16,387 nucleotides of DNA from the NCBI GenBank assembly GCA_019057635.1, contig DXJL01000018.1, positions 1 to 16,387 on the forward strand. The letters are read 5' to 3'. The translations under genes and the position numbers were made by a program. The notes beneath the pieces are model-generated. The model was not told the origin of the DNA and made no database searches. It worked only from the letters and a program-made list of their open reading frames with translations. Of the stretch, positions 13,997-16,387 are shown piece by piece; positions within the stretch are counted from its first letter, which is position 1; each line of letters opens with the position of its first letter. The stretch is from Candidatus Heimdallarchaeota archaeon (GTDB lineage Archaea > Asgardarchaeota > Heimdallarchaeia > Hodarchaeales > Hodarchaeaceae).

Positions 13997-16387
13997 CTAG
14001 GGATCACGAGAACCAGGTTTGTATCTTTTTATTTTGCGTGTGAAGAACACTAGTATCCCCAAAAATGAGAGTAGGATAAGGAAGTCAGGAAAAGAACCTG
14101 ATTTAGGAACAGATACCCCGGTTGGATTTGCTTCTATTTCATCTGAGAATTCACTCTCTCCTATAGCGTTAATCGCTGTTACTACATAAAAATAAGTTAT
14201 CGCACCTACTACAAGTGTATCGTTAAAGTTCGTTGTTGCTGTTGTTCCCACAAAGATGTATTCTCCACTTGTGGTACCACGATAGATAATATACCGTATA
14301 ATAGCAGATTCGCCATCATTACTAGGAGAAATCCAAGCTAAATGCACAAAATTAGCACCTACAGTATATGAAAGAGACTGAGGAGCACTGGGTGCGGTCA
14401 TCACAATTTCTGGACTTCCTAAAGGAATAACACTCACTTCTACTGAAAAAATACCTTCTCCGACACTATTAACCGCGGTAACTACATAATAATACATTGT
14501 TCCTCCAAAAACTGTAACATCAGTAAAATTAGTATTTGTGGTGGCGCCTAAGAACATATATTGACCACTTATGGTGCCACGGTAAACATTATATCGAATA
14601 ATAGCAGAACCGCCATCATCACTAGGGATAGTCCAAGTGATTATAGCAGAATTATCCCCAGGAGTAGCAGAGAGGCTTAGAGGAGCATTTGGTATGTAAG
14701 TAGCTACATCCTTAATAACAACAACATCCCTAGATACAAGTCTACCCCATTCATCTTCAACGTAGAATCTTATAACAACATAACCATTTGGAAGAGCACT
14801 CCACAAGGCTTGATCTATAGTTCCAGTCAATTGAGTAAATGTGATATTAGTAATTCCTCCATCAATCGTGTACCACATTGATTCTAGAACAGGCTCATCG
14901 ATAAAAATATCAAATTGGGGTGCAAAATGTCCAAAAGTAGAACCAGTTAAAGGAGCAATTATCGTGATCACGGGTACAGTGATATCTTTCATCACAACGA
15001 CAATTGACTCTCTTATATGCCCATATAAATCACTCGCAAAGAATTTAATGGTGACTAAGCCCTCTTCAGTGTTATCCCATATTATTTGGTCTATTGAACC
15101 GTTATCAGTAAATACTTTGATCATTCCTTCAATTTCATACCACATTTCCTCTAAATTCTCGTCTAATATCACAACAATAAAGTTAGGAGGCTCTGCTTCG
15201 AAAAATTGACCAGAAAAAGGGCTATTTATTGTCACATCAGGTGCGCTTAAATCAAATGAAATGAGGGGATAAAAATCTTTATTCTCAGCTGTACCTGATA
15301 TATTATAGGGTTGATCAACTATTCCATCTCCATCATCATCGAGAGTTAAATGATCATCCCAATAATTTCCATATTCCCCGTTATCCCAAGAATTATTAAT
15401 ACCATCATCAAGAGCATTAATTGTATTGTGGATGAAGGAATTAAAGAAAATGAAAACATCAATAGTATTAGAATCTAGTTGAATACCATACCCTTCTACT
15501 GCACCTGTACAATTATTTAATGAATTTTCAGAAATATTAGTTTGTTCTGTCGATACTGCGAAAATTCCCCGTCCAACACCATAAATACCCCAACTACCAC
15601 CCCATGGTAAATTTCCACGTTTTCCCCCAGTCATATTTAGAATTATGTTGTGGGTAATTACATTATTATCTGAATTTGAAAGATATATTCCATTACCAGC
15701 TCCACCAGTACCACCAGGACGCTGTAATCCCCCAGCTCCGCCCTCTCCTCCCACAACATGCATTATGTGGTTATCGGTAATTGTTAAATTATTAGATTCG
15801 AGAATAAAAATCCCATTACCATCACCACCATTACCACCAGGATTATATCTTGGACCCGATTTACCCCCTTGACCTTCATGGTATGCAAGGGTATTGTTGC
15901 TGATTGTTAGATTAGAACAGTAGACAATCGAAATTATCCCTAAATTTGTAGGATTAACTGAACTTGTAAGAACGTGGTCTTTGATAATAACATTGCTAAT
16001 ACCATAAAAATAAAAAATCAACTCTCCATCAACATAATTATTTAAAGCAATCAGATTTTGATAGCTATCGCTTTTGAAATAAAGGCCATTACCAGTAGTA
16101 TCCGCTCCTGCCGCAGAAATACCTGCAGATGGAGCACCTTGTCCTCCAATGATGGATGTAAGCGTATTATTGTGTAATATATTTGTGATAGAGGATTCAA
16201 AGTAAAACCCTGCTCCAATTCCTCCTTCTCCTCCTGTGTAACCATTTCCTGGTCCACTTTTTCCATTACTTCCAATAATGTTGTTTATACTATTATTAGT
16301 AACTTGATTATTCCTAGAGTTCTTAAAATAAATACCACTCCCAATCCCACCTGATCCTCCATCACCACCATAACCAGAGAATCCTCC
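13997..16387 (-). CDS. Cell-surface protein: NosD/CASH-like parallel beta-helix with Gly-rich loops, 2 Ig-like domains, 2 fibronectin type III domains, C-terminal TM anchor; 5'-truncated by the window edge
   Basis: The frame of ORF 13997..16021 is open for another 122 codons to the window end (GGFSGYGGDGGSGGIGSGIYFKNSRNNQVTNNSINN...LNNYVDGE). Beta-helix rungs GIYLSNSDNNVITHNII; cap NSWDNGEYGNYWDD...DGDGIVDQPY...DFYPL; FN3 motifs WxxPSxDG..I.RY..YRG and YYYVVTAVN; anchor GSFPDFLILLSFLGILVFFTRKIKR. Confidence 0.9.
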   Translation of the reverse strand, partial: GGFSGYGGDGGSGGIGSGIYFKNSRNNQVTNNSINNIIGSNGKSGPGNGYTGGEGGIGAGFYFESSITNILHNNTLTSIIGGQGAPSAGISAAGADTTGNGLYFKSDSYQNLIALNNYVDGELIFYFYGISNVIIKDHVLTSSVNPTNLGIISIVYCSNLTISNNTLAYHEGQGGKSGPRYNPGGNGGDGNGIFILESNNLTITDNHIMHVVGGEGGAGGLQRPGGTGGAGNGIYLSNSDNNVITHNIILNMTGGKRGNLPWGGSWGIYGVGRGIFAVSTEQTNISENSLNNCTGAVEGYGIQLDSNTIDVFIFFNSFIHNTINALDDGINNSWDNGEYGNYWDDHLTLDDDGDGIVDQPYNISGTAENKDFYPLISFDLSAPDVTINSPFSGQFFEAEPPNFIVVILDENLEEMWYEIEGMIKVFTDNGSIDQIIWDNTEEGLVTIKFFASDLYGHIRESIVVVMKDITVPVITIIAPLTGSTFGHFAPQFDIFIDEPVLESMWYTIDGGITNITFTQLTGTIDQALWSALPNGYVVIRFYVEDEWGRLVSRDVVVIKDVATYIPNAPLSLSATPGDNSAIITWTIPSDDGGSAIIRYNVYRGTISGQYMFLGATTNTNFTDVTVFGGTMYYYVVTAVNSVGEGIFSVEVSVIPLGSPEIVMTAPSAPQSLSYTVGANFVHLAWISPSNDGESAIIRYIIYRGTTSGEYIFVGTTATTNFNDTLVVGAITYFYVVTAINAIGESEFSDEIEANPTGVSVPKSGSFPDFLILLSFLGILVFFTRKIKRYKPGSRDP
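14123..14692 (-). repeat. Tandem duplication of the FN3 domain (300-nt period)
   Basis: PNAP begins at 14692 and PSAP at 14392; DNA similarity is visible, e.g. ataatagcagaaccgccatcatcactagg vs ataatagcagattcgccatcattactagg. Confidence 0.85.
14708..15253 (-). repeat. Two tandem ~90-aa Ig-like repeats
   Basis: Shared pattern P.(V/I)TI..P..G..F....P.F...I....LE.MWY.I.G...G.IDQ..W.....G.V.I.F...D..G......VVV.KD in both copies. Confidence 0.8.

Noticed and set aside
14841-15872. Plus-strand ORFs 14841..15209 and Pro-rich 15645..15872
   Set aside because: Antisense shadows; the Pro richness simply mirrors Gly codons on the coding strand.
16051-16275. 74-aa minus-strand ORF as a separate gene or frameshifted N-terminus
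   Set aside because: The main frame of the beta-helix gene is open through this region to the window edge, so this is an alternate-frame artefact and TTG 16021 is not the real start.
1-16387. CRISPR array, tRNA/rRNA, transposase, integrase, DGR or selenoprotein/SECIS system
   Set aside because: No regularly spaced repeats, cloverleaf, mobile-element or reverse transcriptase ORF, or read-through UGA candidate was seen by eye; covariance-model searches were not run.

Overview
AT-rich archaeal chromosomal window. An Asgard origin (possibly Heimdallarchaeia/Hodarchaeales-like) is inferred from a PGF-CTERM sorting signal, archaeal TATA-like boxes, oligo-T terminators and the style of the surface proteins; there is no marker gene to confirm it. 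Eight convincing CDSs: a 5'-truncated lysophospholipase-like alpha/beta hydrolase, an FLVCR/SLC49-like MFS transporter, a GNAT acetyltransferase, a 1044-aa fusion protein, a PlsC-like acyltransferase, an Old Yellow Enzyme family oxidoreductase, a 1436-aa PGF-CTERM surface protein with a prenyltransferase/squalene-cyclase-like barrel, and a 5'-truncated surface protein (Gly-loop beta-helix + 2 Ig-like + 2 FN3 + membrane anchor). The standout is the 1044-aa protein: an orphan family-5 ABC solute-binding domain joined through acidic DxDxD repeats and one TM helix to a ~300-aa TPR-like tail, an architecture that looks like a single-pass receptor rather than a transporter subunit. A loose set of ester-lipid handling genes in an apparent archaeon is the second point of interest. 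No rRNA, tRNA, CRISPR array or mobile element was recognised.
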